Of a stretch of 29,665 nt of DNA, positions 19,004 through 26,874 are shown piece after piece. The DNA is from a virus. Taxonomy: Duplodnaviria; Caudoviricetes. The position numbers and the translations under genes were made by a program. Positions within the stretch are counted from its first letter, which is position 1. Every line of letters begins with the position of its first letter. The stretch covers positions 1 through 29,665 of the IMG/VR virus record IMGVR_UViG_3300032218_003836. The stretch is one strand, 5' to 3'. A model generated the notes under the pieces. It was not told the origin of the DNA, did not search any database, and saw only the letters and a list, made by a program, of their open reading frames with translations.

Positions 19004-19500
19004 GTTACTTCCTCCCTGTGCTTCAGTTCTTCCAGCAAATCGGTCATGAACTTCTTGGCCAACTCTTCCATCAGCTTTCTGCCTGGACCTTTCAGCGGCT
19101 CAAGTGCGCGCTGATGGCACTCGATGACAAGCGAAGGCCAACCATCAGGGTCGCGCTCTTCATATCGACGAGGCGCCCCGCGTTCCGGGGTGCCCATGCT
19201 GGCAGTACAGATGATAATCGGAATGCCCAAGTACCTGTAGCGAATAGACACGGAAATGTAGGCAAGCTCGTCTACTACCGCCAAAGCTTGGTACATCGCC
19301 GTCATTTCTTCATGGGTCCACCCAGAAGACATTTCAAGCGGTAGGCGATCTGTGCTGGCCGACTCTTGATTACACAGCTGCCATGAAATGTTGTAGTACC
19401 GCCCCGCAAATCCAGGTGCAGGCACCTCGGCATTCGCGAATACGTCGCCTTCTTCGGACGGCACTGGCGGATTTAGCTGGTCCTCAAACTCATCAAACAT
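19000..19500 (-). CDS. Hypothetical protein (166 aa)
   Basis: First gene of the leftward run; acidic N-terminus; stop overlaps next start. Confidence 0.6.
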   Translation of the reverse strand: MFDEFEDQLNPPVPSEEGDVFANAEVPAPGFAGRYYNISWQLCNQESASTDRLPLEMSSGWTHEEMTAMYQALAVVDELAYISVSIRYRYLGIPIIICTASMGTPERGAPRRYEERDPDGWPSLVIECHQRALEPLKGPGRKLMEELAKKFMTDLLEELKHREEVT

Positions 19501-19558
19501 GCAATCCGCACCTTATCGCAAGTTTGGGCGCATTGGCAAGCATGTTTATGCAAAAGGC

Positions 19559-19587
19559 TTGACAAGCCGTGCAAAGGGGCGCAATCT
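19559..19587 (+). promoter_or_regulatory. Promoter TTGACA-N17-CAATCT for the HTH/recombinase pair
   Basis: Perfect -35, 17-bp spacer, SD GGAGG follows at 19595. Confidence 0.55.
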
Positions 19588-19606
19588 TGGTCACGGAGGT
19601 AGCAAG

Positions 19607-19786
19607 ATGGACCTAGTTTCGGAAAAAGAAGCGGCGCGATTGCTGCAAGTTAGCGAAGCCACCCTGCGACGGTGGGTGCAACGCAAGATTCTGGTGGTTT
19701 ACCACACGCCGACCAAGCGGCGGCGGTATAAGCTGTCGGATATCAATGAAATACAGACGAACATTACCCCTGTGGAGGTAAAATGA
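19607..19786 (+). CDS. MerR/excisionase-like HTH DNA-binding protein (59 aa)
   Basis: MDLVSEKEAARLLQVSEATLRRW...RRRY, classic HTH_17/MerR-type pattern; GGAGG SD. Confidence 0.85.
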   Translation: MDLVSEKEAARLLQVSEATLRRWVQRKILVVYHTPTKRRRYKLSDINEIQTNITPVEVK

Positions 19787-20448
19787 CCCGCGTCGTCGCC
19801 TACATTCGCGTTTCTACCGCAGACCAGGCTGATTCTGGGTTGGGCTTGGCTGCGCAAGAAGAGAAAATCCGCGCATACGCCAAGCTTTACGACTTGGAAA
19901 TCGTGGCGATGGAAATAGACGCGGGTATTTCTGCCAAAACCATGGACCGTCCTGCGCTTTTGCGGGCGCTCGCCATGCTTGGCCGTGGAGTTGATGGGGT
20001 TTTGGTGGCCAAGCTCGATCGTTTGACGCGTAGCGTGCGGGACTTGGGCGTTATTCTGCACGAATACTTCGTGTCCACGCCGTACACGTTGTTTTCGGTG
20101 ACCGACCAGGTTGATACTCGCAGTGCCTCTGGCCGTTTGGTGCTGAACATCTTGGCTTCGGTGTCAGAGTGGGAGCGCGAAATCATCGCAGAACGCACCA
20201 AGGCGGCGATGTCGGTGCTGAAAGCCAGTGGCAAGCGGTGTGGTGCAGTGCCTTTGGGCAAGAAAGCGCTGGTTGATGGCACGCTTGTGGACTGCGAAGA
20301 GACTCAGCGGGCGATGTGGATGGCCAAGCAGCTGCGAAAGAACGGCGCTTGCTGGAGTGAGATCGTCCAGGCGCTGAACTGCAACTACCGCACGCAGACC
20401 GGTGGTCTGTTCAACATCACCAGCGCGCGCCGATACGCTATGGCCTGA
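19783..20448 (+). CDS. Serine recombinase (resolvase/invertase family)
   Basis: YIRVST catalytic Ser motif, G.SAK..DRPAL, KLDRLTRS, EREIIAERTK, then GAVPLG and a short C-terminal helical domain. Confidence 0.93.
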   Translation: MTRVVAYIRVSTADQADSGLGLAAQEEKIRAYAKLYDLEIVAMEIDAGISAKTMDRPALLRALAMLGRGVDGVLVAKLDRLTRSVRDLGVILHEYFVSTPYTLFSVTDQVDTRSASGRLVLNILASVSEWEREIIAERTKAAMSVLKASGKRCGAVPLGKKALVDGTLVDCEETQRAMWMAKQLRKNGACWSEIVQALNCNYRTQTGGLFNITSARRYAMA

Positions 20449-20457
20449 AACACCAAA

Positions 20458-20482
20458 GCCCGCCTGGGATATCCAGACGGGC
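20458..20482 (-). terminator. Intrinsic terminator between convergent genes
   Basis: Minus strand GCCCGTCTGG-ATATC-CCAGGCGGGC (one G-U pair) followed by TTTGGTGTTT. Confidence 0.65.
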
Positions 20483-20507
20483 CTTGATGTGATCCCCTAG
20501 AGGAATC

Positions 20508-20813
20508 TTAGTACTTGATGATGGGCGGTTCAAGTTCCGTGCTAACCGCCAGGCGATACGGGCCAGTCGAGTTAGCATCACCACCAATCGTCAATACCGT
20601 GGCATCCGACAAGCCGGTCACCACACGCTGCTCATTGGCCTTAACCGTGAACACCGACTGGCCACCATCGATTTTCAGGATGTGGTCCTTGGCGCCGTCG
20701 TCGTTCTTGTAGACAAGCGACTGAGCGCCAGAAGAACCAATCAAGCTATCGAAGTTAAAGCTTTGCGCCGTGTTGGCCAGCAGCGTCCCTTCCTTAGCAC
20801 AAAAGTTAGCCAT
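20508..20813 (-). CDS. Putative virion accessory protein (101 aa), paralog of the N-domain of 20837..21568
   Basis: AAGGAGG SD; beta-rich; direct sequence similarity to its neighbour. Confidence 0.65.
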   Translation of the reverse strand: MANFCAKEGTLLANTAQSFNFDSLIGSSGAQSLVYKNDDGAKDHILKIDGGQSVFTVKANEQRVVTGLSDATVLTIGGDANSTGPYRLAVSTELEPPIIKY

Positions 20814-20836
20814 GATTAGCCTCCTTGAAGCTTAGG

Positions 20837-21568
20837 TTAGGCGACGGGCAGCATGAACAGAACCAGACGGCCGTTCACATTGCCAGCATTCTTGGCGGTC
20901 AACACCTTAAAGCTAGCGCCGCTGGCCAGCGTAGCGTTAGCAACCACGCTGGTCGAAGAAAACGAAACACGACCAGCCACAGCAGCCGTGCCGGTAAAGG
21001 TAAGGATGGTAGCAGCAGCTGCGGTTTGCAGGGTCACAGCAGTCGCAATCGCCGGAGTTCCATCAAACATCATGTAGCCACCCAACACTTCATGCTTACC
21101 AACCAAACCAGTGTAGGTGGTGGTGCCATCAGCATCGGCAATATCAATCACCATCATCGAAAACGGCGACGGCGCTCCAGCAACAGTCGTCGTAACGTGC
21201 GCGCCCCTCACAAGCTTGGCATCGGTCACCGCGCCATCGGTGATACCCGCGGTTCCGATCGTGCCGCCATACGGCTTGAAGAAGGTCGCCGGCACATCGC
21301 TGCTGGTCGCCATCGCGCGGTACGCACCGATCGAACCAGCGTCGCCGCCGATCGTCAGCACTTGCCAGTTCTCCACGCCGCTGATCACACGCTGCTCGCC
21401 CGGCCTAACCGTGAACGACAAACTGTCGATCTGAAGCTTGTGGGTCGAAGACGCATCATCATTGCTGTACGCAATCGAGGTGGCGTTCACGCCAAGCAGC
21501 GCCTTGAAGTTGAAAGTCTGGGCAACGCCAGCGGCGAGCGTATCTTCCTTGGAAGCGAAATTAGCCAT
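20837..21568 (-). CDS. Putative capsid fibre/decoration protein (243 aa)
   Basis: Start MANFASKED with AGGAG SD; GITDGAVTDAKL linker is typical of phage fibre repeats; C-domain resembles 12476..12982. Confidence 0.6.
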   Translation of the reverse strand: MANFASKEDTLAAGVAQTFNFKALLGVNATSIAYSNDDASSTHKLQIDSLSFTVRPGEQRVISGVENWQVLTIGGDAGSIGAYRAMATSSDVPATFFKPYGGTIGTAGITDGAVTDAKLVRGAHVTTTVAGAPSPFSMMVIDIADADGTTTYTGLVGKHEVLGGYMMFDGTPAIATAVTLQTAAAATILTFTGTAAVAGRVSFSSTSVVANATLASGASFKVLTAKNAGNVNGRLVLFMLPVA

Positions 21569-21636
21569 AGTAAGGTCTCCTAGTTGGGTGCCGATTCTAC
21601 GGCGTGAAGCACGCTTGCCATAAATAACAACAAGCG

Positions 21637-21816
21637 TCAAGCCTTTTTCTTCATTTTCGCCAAGCGTTCCTTGGCAATCTTCTGGATGCCATCCTCTTTT
21701 TCGCCCACATGCTCAGGCAACTTGTGGTCGTGCTCCGTTTCCTTCTCCCACCGCTTGGCGATTTCAGGATGCTTGGCGTACATGAATCCGCGCTGAGCCT
21801 GAGACTTGAAAGGCAT
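21637..21816 (-). CDS. Small phage protein of the MPFKS..QR.FM type (59 aa)
   Basis: AAGGAG SD; MPFKSQAQRGFMYAKHPEIAKRWEKET resembles small proteins I recall from uncultured phages; ends GIQKIAKERLAKMKKKA. Confidence 0.7.
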   Translation of the reverse strand: MPFKSQAQRGFMYAKHPEIAKRWEKETEHDHKLPEHVGEKEDGIQKIAKERLAKMKKKA

Positions 21817-21818
21817 AG

Positions 21819-22154
21819 CTACTTCTCCTTCATCTTCTTGAGCCGCTCGCCGGCAATGCTTTGCACCCAGCTCTTGCCAGGGTTTCCGCCCCACAACAAC
21901 CAGGCTTGCCAGCCCTTGCTATCTTGGCCCCAGCCTTCGCCAGAAGCATCGACAGCGTGGCGAGCAAAGAAGCTCTTCATGCGCGCCATGGTTTCTTCGG
22001 TCACCGGCTCGCGGTTGGCCAATTGCTTGGCGCGGGCTAGGCCGACTTCAGTGCCACCGCGGTTTGAAGGCGATTGCTTCTCGCGCAGCTCAAGCCCATG
22101 GCGAGCAGCGGAAGCAACAGCAGGAGGTGGAATGTGAGTCGTGTCTTTGGCCAT
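21819..22154 (-). CDS. Conserved phage head-associated domain protein (PP..V..A..GL...GGT.VG.ARA..L...SFFARH...AW.LWGG)
   Basis: Motif set I recall from domains fused to phage head morphogenesis/prohead protease proteins; ends VQSIAGERLKKMKEK. Confidence 0.7.
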   Translation of the reverse strand: MAKDTTHIPPPAVASAARHGLELREKQSPSNRGGTEVGLARAKQLANREPVTEETMARMKSFFARHAVDASGEGWGQDSKGWQAWLLWGGNPGKSWVQSIAGERLKKMKEK

Positions 22155-22160
22155 GAAGAT

Positions 22161-22189
22161 AGGCTATGGCCAATCGCAAAGAATCTCAA
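22161..22189 (-). promoter_or_regulatory. Candidate promoter TTGAGA-N17-TAGCCT (leaderless transcript?)
   Basis: The -10 ends 6 nt before ATG 22154; no SD is present. Confidence 0.4.
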
Positions 22190-22190
22190 G

Positions 22191-22370
22191 TCATTCTTCT
22201 TTGTGTTCCGTAATCACCGGAATCGTGCGTGTAGATTCGCTTAGGCGCCCAAGCTGACAAGAATCGTAATCGATCGGCAGAGACTCCATGACCGGCTCTC
22301 GCTTGAAGTCGGAGCTCACCAGGCGATGCACTGGCATGAGCTGATGACAGGTGGGGCAGCAGTTGCTCAT
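22191..22370 (-). CDS. Small hypothetical protein with CPTC motif (59 aa)
   Basis: ATGA coupling to the upstream gene. Confidence 0.45.
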   Translation of the reverse strand: MSNCCPTCHQLMPVHRLVSSDFKREPVMESLPIDYDSCQLGRLSESTRTIPVITEHKEE

Positions 22371-22750
22371 AGTTGCGCTTGGTGCGTGAGAATCAAAAGT
22401 CGCTCTTTCATTTCGCATATCTTTTCCTCCAGCTTATCAAACCTACAAACATCGCAATCATCGGGCTCGCTCAAGTCGATCGTCCATCGCTGGCCGTGCT
22501 CACAAACTCGCATGAAGTGCCGCGGCTGCCTCCACAGGATGTGGCTCTCGCACGTCTCGCAGTTGCACGCCGGCCACAAGGTCATTGGTTGTTGCGGTGT
22601 TGCAGCTTGAATGCACCATAAGCATCCGCAACTCGGAAACGGCTTGGCCGACATCATCATCTTCTTTCGCGTTTTGGCATCGACTGCAAAGCCAAGACAC
22701 TGCGGGTCGCGCACAGCTGGCGCCCATGGATGCTGGGGGTTGCGATTCAT
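22367..22750 (-). CDS. Cys-rich putative zinc-binding protein (127 aa)
   Basis: ATGA coupling; CGCLWC, CNCETC, CEHG and CDVC motifs. Confidence 0.55.
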   Translation of the reverse strand: MNRNPQHPWAPAVRDPQCLGFAVDAKTRKKMMMSAKPFPSCGCLWCIQAATPQQPMTLWPACNCETCESHILWRQPRHFMRVCEHGQRWTIDLSEPDDCDVCRFDKLEEKICEMKERLLILTHQAQL

Positions 22751-23115
22751 TTCATCGACTCCAACGCGCGCTCGATGGCAAGTCGCGTTGTTTCCTCCGC
22801 TCGCGCCGCTACGTCCCTCGCCGCAGCACGCCCATCGCGGACGATCCATACCTCACCACCCGCAGAAGTGAAAGCCTTGTGCCAAACTTTTTGGCTCTCT
22901 TCTGCGCGGCCACCACCAGGTCGCTTGAACTCCAGCCAGATATGTTTGCCGTTGAAGCAGCAATAGACATCGGGCGTACCTGGCGTCGTGCTGGTCAAGT
23001 AAGCGCCAGAAGGTAGTTGCGTCTTAAGTACATGAACTCGCTGAACATGTATCCCAGGAGCCGCGCCAACAGCGGCAAGGAAGTTGTAAATCTCCTTGTC
23101 TTCTGAGCGGTTCAT
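22747..23115 (-). CDS. VRR-NUC family PD-(D/E)XK nuclease
   Basis: GTPDV...IWLEFKRPGG....QK.W....GG.V.IVR; ATGA-coupled to the helicase. Confidence 0.85.
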   Translation of the reverse strand: MNRSEDKEIYNFLAAVGAAPGIHVQRVHVLKTQLPSGAYLTSTTPGTPDVYCCFNGKHIWLEFKRPGGGRAEESQKVWHKAFTSAGGEVWIVRDGRAAARDVAARAEETTRLAIERALESMK

Positions 23116-24518
23116 CGAACGCCTTCCTTCATCTTTCGACGCAGTTGAGCTGTAGTCCATCCGCTGTACCTGTCGCCGTTGCCCAGCGCATAACCGTTGC
23201 GATACCGCACCTGCTCCAAGCTGCGCCAGATGTGGGCATAAGCCGCAGCCCAAGTTGGACACGGGCGAACGGGTGTGCGCAAACTCTTCTCGCGCTCCAG
23301 CCGTTCAAGCTCGGCTTTGGTGATTTCCTTCAGCTCGCCTGCAATCTGCCGAGGCGGACGACGCGCCTGAACTGGTGCTACGTCTCCACATCGTGGGCAA
23401 GCCATAGCAGGAGTAAACACAGCAAGGCATTTAGGACAATGCTGGAGTGCATCGATCTCTCCCTTCCGTTTAGCCCCTACCCTCTCGGTGAGCAGCCATT
23501 CTCGGTCGCTTTCCGGCAAGCCGTGCTTCCACACATTGGCGCCGGCATCCACAATCACCAGGTCCTTGTCCCCGCCTGGCCGCATTCCGCGTCCAATCGA
23601 TTGCAGGTACACCGTGACGCTAGTCGTCGCGCGCGCAAGGTATACTGCCGATACCTCTGGAATATCCAGACCTTCGATAGCCACGCCTACGTTACACACC
23701 ACGTCCAGCTCATGGCGCCGGAGCTTTTCCCAAATAGCCGTGCGCTCTAAAACGTAGGTGTTGCCGTCCACATGCTCAGCGCGGATGCCTGCGTCGCGCA
23801 GCGCATTGCAACAGTCGATGCTGTGCTTGACGCCTGACGCAAACAGAATCGTTCGCCGGCCTGCGCATAGCTTCTTCCAGTTCTGCGGGATTTGCCCGAC
23901 CAGACGAGTACCGCGATAAGCGGTTTCCAGCGCGGTAGCGGCATAGTCGCCGCGGTTCATTGGGATGCCCGCCAGGTCTGGAGACTCCACGCCAAACAAG
24001 CGGGTCTGCACCAAATGCCCCTGCTCTTGCAGCTCTACGATCGATGGGCCGCAGACAATGATGTCAGCAGGTAGCGGTTGTCCATCAGTGCGACAAGGCG
24101 TTGCGGTCAGCAGCAAGAAGCGCGCTTTGGGCAACTCGTCCATCAACCGCTTGGTCTGCTCGATGCCCGAATGCGCCTCGTCGATGATTACAAAATCAAC
24201 AGCCGGCACATCGCGTCTTGCAAGTGTTTGTTGTGACGCAGCAATTACCTGCGCGTCCGGGACTGCCTTGCCCGCAGTAAGCTCGGCACATTGCACACCG
24301 GCCAGTCGCAGCTTGTCCAAAGTCTGCGCGTGGATTTCCCGGCGATGCGTTGTGAACAGTACGCGCTTACCGCGAGCAACAGCAGCCTGGACGATGGCGG
24401 CAGCCATAACCGTCTTGCCCGAACCCGTACCAGCCTGAAGCACCACCCGGCGGTGTCCTGCGGCAAACGCGGCGCGGCATCGCTCGATTACGTCAGACTG
24501 GTACGGGCGCAGCTGCAT
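23112..24518 (-). CDS. Superfamily 2 (DEAH/ResIII-like) DNA helicase with C-terminal Zn finger
   Basis: LRPYQ Q-motif, GTGSGKT, IIDEAH, TATP, EGLDIP, QSIGRGMR, CPKC...CPRC; TGATG-coupled to SSB. Confidence 0.92.
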   Translation of the reverse strand: MQLRPYQSDVIERCRAAFAAGHRRVVLQAGTGSGKTVMAAAIVQAAVARGKRVLFTTHRREIHAQTLDKLRLAGVQCAELTAGKAVPDAQVIAASQQTLARRDVPAVDFVIIDEAHSGIEQTKRLMDELPKARFLLLTATPCRTDGQPLPADIIVCGPSIVELQEQGHLVQTRLFGVESPDLAGIPMNRGDYAATALETAYRGTRLVGQIPQNWKKLCAGRRTILFASGVKHSIDCCNALRDAGIRAEHVDGNTYVLERTAIWEKLRRHELDVVCNVGVAIEGLDIPEVSAVYLARATTSVTVYLQSIGRGMRPGGDKDLVIVDAGANVWKHGLPESDREWLLTERVGAKRKGEIDALQHCPKCLAVFTPAMACPRCGDVAPVQARRPPRQIAGELKEITKAELERLEREKSLRTPVRPCPTWAAAYAHIWRSLEQVRYRNGYALGNGDRYSGWTTAQLRRKMKEGVR

Positions 24519-24859
24519 CAGAACGGAACTTCGTCCTTGCCGCCAGCCGGCTTGTTGCCCACCGACTGCACGGTCTGGCAAAGCAGCACGACATCCTTGC
24601 GCTCGACGCCGTCCTTGTCCTTGTACTCGTTAGGCTCCAGCTGGCCAGCCAGCAGAACCTGGTCGCCCTTCTTGAGCTTGGCCGCAAACTCGGCAGTCTT
24701 GCCAAACGCGGTAGCGTTCATCCACAAGGTCTTCTGCTTGTCGCCATACCCAACCGAAGAAGCCACGCGCAGGCGCGTCACCGCAGTCGCCGAAGTAGTC
24801 ACCGCTTGGGCGTCAGCTGCCAAGCGACCAAGAATCGTACACTGGTTAAAGTTCGCCAT
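24518..24859 (-). CDS. ssb: Single-stranded DNA-binding protein
   Basis: N....GRL..D, AFGK.AE, L.KG..V...G.L and acidic DEVPF C-terminus; GGAGG SD. Confidence 0.92.
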   Translation of the reverse strand: MANFNQCTILGRLAADAQAVTTSATAVTRLRVASSVGYGDKQKTLWMNATAFGKTAEFAAKLKKGDQVLLAGQLEPNEYKDKDGVERKDVVLLCQTVQSVGNKPAGGKDEVPF

Positions 24860-24868
24860 TATCCCCTC

Positions 24869-25084
24869 CTAATACTCTTCAGCACGAAACGCCAAAGACA
24901 CCATGCCTTTGTGCAAAGAGAAACCTACATGCGTATCGTTCTCACACGCTTTGCAACGAACAGACATGTAGGCCATGTGTTCATCTACAATCGTGTAGAC
25001 AGGCTTGTTAAACGCATTTTTCTTGTTGCAATGCAAACACTTGACTGCAACTTCGTAATCATCAACCTCAAAGTACGCAGGCAT
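24869..25084 (-). CDS. Zinc-ribbon protein (71 aa)
   Basis: CLHC...CKAC; AAGGA SD. Confidence 0.65.
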   Translation of the reverse strand: MPAYFEVDDYEVAVKCLHCNKKNAFNKPVYTIVDEHMAYMSVRCKACENDTHVGFSLHKGMVSLAFRAEEY

Positions 25085-25086
25085 GA

Positions 25087-26406
25087 TTATTCCTTGTAAG
25101 AACTAGGGGTGAAGCTATAGCCACCAGTGTAGCCGCCGAAAGGACCAGCGATAGCGGGCCGAACCAGCTCGACGCAAAACGTCTTGTTGCCACCAGTCCT
25201 GGTCTTGTTGACCACGCCCATCTTCTGCAACTCGTTCATCAAGATGTTGGACTCCCTCCGCTGCCGGTTCGAGTTGCTGCGATTCGGCAACGCATCCCAG
25301 ATTTCAGCCATCGAAACACGAACTGGCTTGGACGCATCAAACAACGCAGGCTTCCAAGTCGCGTGCAGGTCTTCAACGATCGGCTCGGGAATCTCGTGCT
25401 CGACGTTAGACTCCGACAGCATCGCCATCTCAGCCTGGTCAAGCCACCACTTCTCGCCTTGCTCAACTATAACAGACACCTGCGCCCACAGTTGCTGGAT
25501 GTCTATCTGATGCCCCCACTTCAGGGAGCGAACAGCAATCACCCACCAACGCCGATTGCCCGTGTCGTCCACCAAAAACGTCTTGGGATTCACGCTCGCC
25601 ATCATCATCGTCCGCCGAGGAATCCGCTCAGCGTGCGTGGCATACGCACTCCGATACACATCCTCAAACTGCGTGATGAACGCCTTCATCGCAACCGCAT
25701 CCGACTTCTTGAACGTAGCATCCAACTCGCCAAGCTCGCTCAGCCAAAACGAAGTCACCTGCTGTACCGAATCCCGATTGTGGGGATCGACCACACGGCC
25801 AGTGCAAATCCAGTCCGTATCCTGCGGCGCCAAAGACTTGAACCACTCCGTCTTGCCAATGCCCTGCGGCCCCTGAAACGTCAGCACACCCTGAGGTGTA
25901 AACTTCCGCTTACCAGAAACCTCAGGCATTACCGCCTTCACCGCACTAACCAACCACCGAGTCAGCAAAATGCCAGCAATCTCCTGCTTGCCCACGTCAT
26001 CCAACACAATCGTATCGAAGAACTCCAGCAACCGGTCAACCCCGTCCCAAGGCTTGCTCAAAATCCAATCCCTCACCGGGTGATACGCTTCGGCCAACAC
26101 ATGCAAATGCCCAAGCGCCTTCTCTACCTCCAACCCCTGCCGAGCAACAATCGACTTGAACAACTCCGCCGTCGCATTCTCCCGCCGCTCCGAATCCGGG
26201 TTAAACCCAGGTACCATAATCTCCAGCGTATGCCGCATCAAGTTGTACCGAACACGCATCCCATACGCGTCCAACAACGCCGCTGTGTTCTCCACATGCT
26301 TGGTCGAAGGCCGCGATACACCCTGCCGATTCGGTGGCCCCATCATCGGGAACGTCACCGCAGGATGGTTCATCTGAACCGCTTCCAAATAACTGCGCCC
26401 GCTCAT
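25087..26406 (-). CDS. VapE-like (virulence-associated E) P-loop ATPase / replicative helicase
   Basis: YHPVRDW...WDGVDRL, GPQGIGKT, ELGELD, MKAFIT...D.YR.AY, FLVDDTGNRRWW. Confidence 0.9.
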   Translation of the reverse strand: MSGRSYLEAVQMNHPAVTFPMMGPPNRQGVSRPSTKHVENTAALLDAYGMRVRYNLMRHTLEIMVPGFNPDSERRENATAELFKSIVARQGLEVEKALGHLHVLAEAYHPVRDWILSKPWDGVDRLLEFFDTIVLDDVGKQEIAGILLTRWLVSAVKAVMPEVSGKRKFTPQGVLTFQGPQGIGKTEWFKSLAPQDTDWICTGRVVDPHNRDSVQQVTSFWLSELGELDATFKKSDAVAMKAFITQFEDVYRSAYATHAERIPRRTMMMASVNPKTFLVDDTGNRRWWVIAVRSLKWGHQIDIQQLWAQVSVIVEQGEKWWLDQAEMAMLSESNVEHEIPEPIVEDLHATWKPALFDASKPVRVSMAEIWDALPNRSNSNRQRRESNILMNELQKMGVVNKTRTGGNKTFCVELVRPAIAGPFGGYTGGYSFTPSSYKE

Positions 26407-26519
26407 CCAGCCTCCTGCGCACAGTCCAAGTCACCAACGGCTTGGCCGCTCCAGTGGCGGGAATGGAAAACCGCCAGCAGAGACTCCGCTGATGACCTGG
26501 ACTGAACATAGGTAAGCAT
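26403..26519 (-). CDS. Small leader ORF (38 aa)
   Basis: GGAG SD, directly after a promoter, TGA overlaps the VapE ATG; below the ORF track cutoff. Confidence 0.35.
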   Translation of the reverse strand: MLTYVQSRSSAESLLAVFHSRHWSGQAVGDLDCAQEAG

Positions 26520-26560
26520 GAAAGCTCCATTCGTATAGGCGCCGGCCAAAGCGCACGACA

Positions 26561-26589
26561 ACCCTACCGCACTGCCGCCAAGGTGTCAA
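26561..26589 (-). promoter_or_regulatory. Promoter TTGACA-N17-TAGGGT for the replication operon
   Basis: Perfect -35, 17-bp spacer. Confidence 0.6.
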
Positions 26590-26598
26590 CAAGGGGAC

Positions 26599-26874
26599 AG
26601 AGGTGATAGCAGAGGTGACAGTAAAAACTCTCTGTCACCTCAAACAAACCAGCGAAACAATTGGCAAAAGCACCCGTAGAGGTGACAAGGTGACAGACTT
26701 TTCCATAAAGACGCTCCTTGTGCAAAACACAAAAACCCTGTGCAAACCTCTCGTGTATTTTGAAAATACTATCACCTTATCACCTGTGCACAGGAATACT
26801 CTATATAGACATACAGTTACCTGAGGTGACAATAATTTTTTGCTATCACCTCTAGGTGACATGTTATCACCTCT
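26599..26874. repeat. AGGTGAYA iteron-like array (11 copies, both orientations); candidate replication origin
   Basis: Forward at 26601, 26613, 26680, 26688, 26824, 26854; reverse at 26633, 26770, 26778, 26844, 26865; AT-richer background. Confidence 0.75.

Noticed and set aside
19775-19790. Programmed -1 frameshift fusing the HTH and recombinase
   Set aside because: No canonical X XXY YYZ slippery site, and the recombinase has its own GGAGG SD; ATGA coupling explains the junction.
20175-20203. EREIIAERTK in the recombinase as an eighth copy of the shared motif
   Set aside because: This is the standard helix E motif of serine recombinases; it lacks the Q and the final L.
25363-26505. 380-aa plus-strand ORF
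   Set aside because: Shadow of the VapE gene with implausible H/P/R/L composition.
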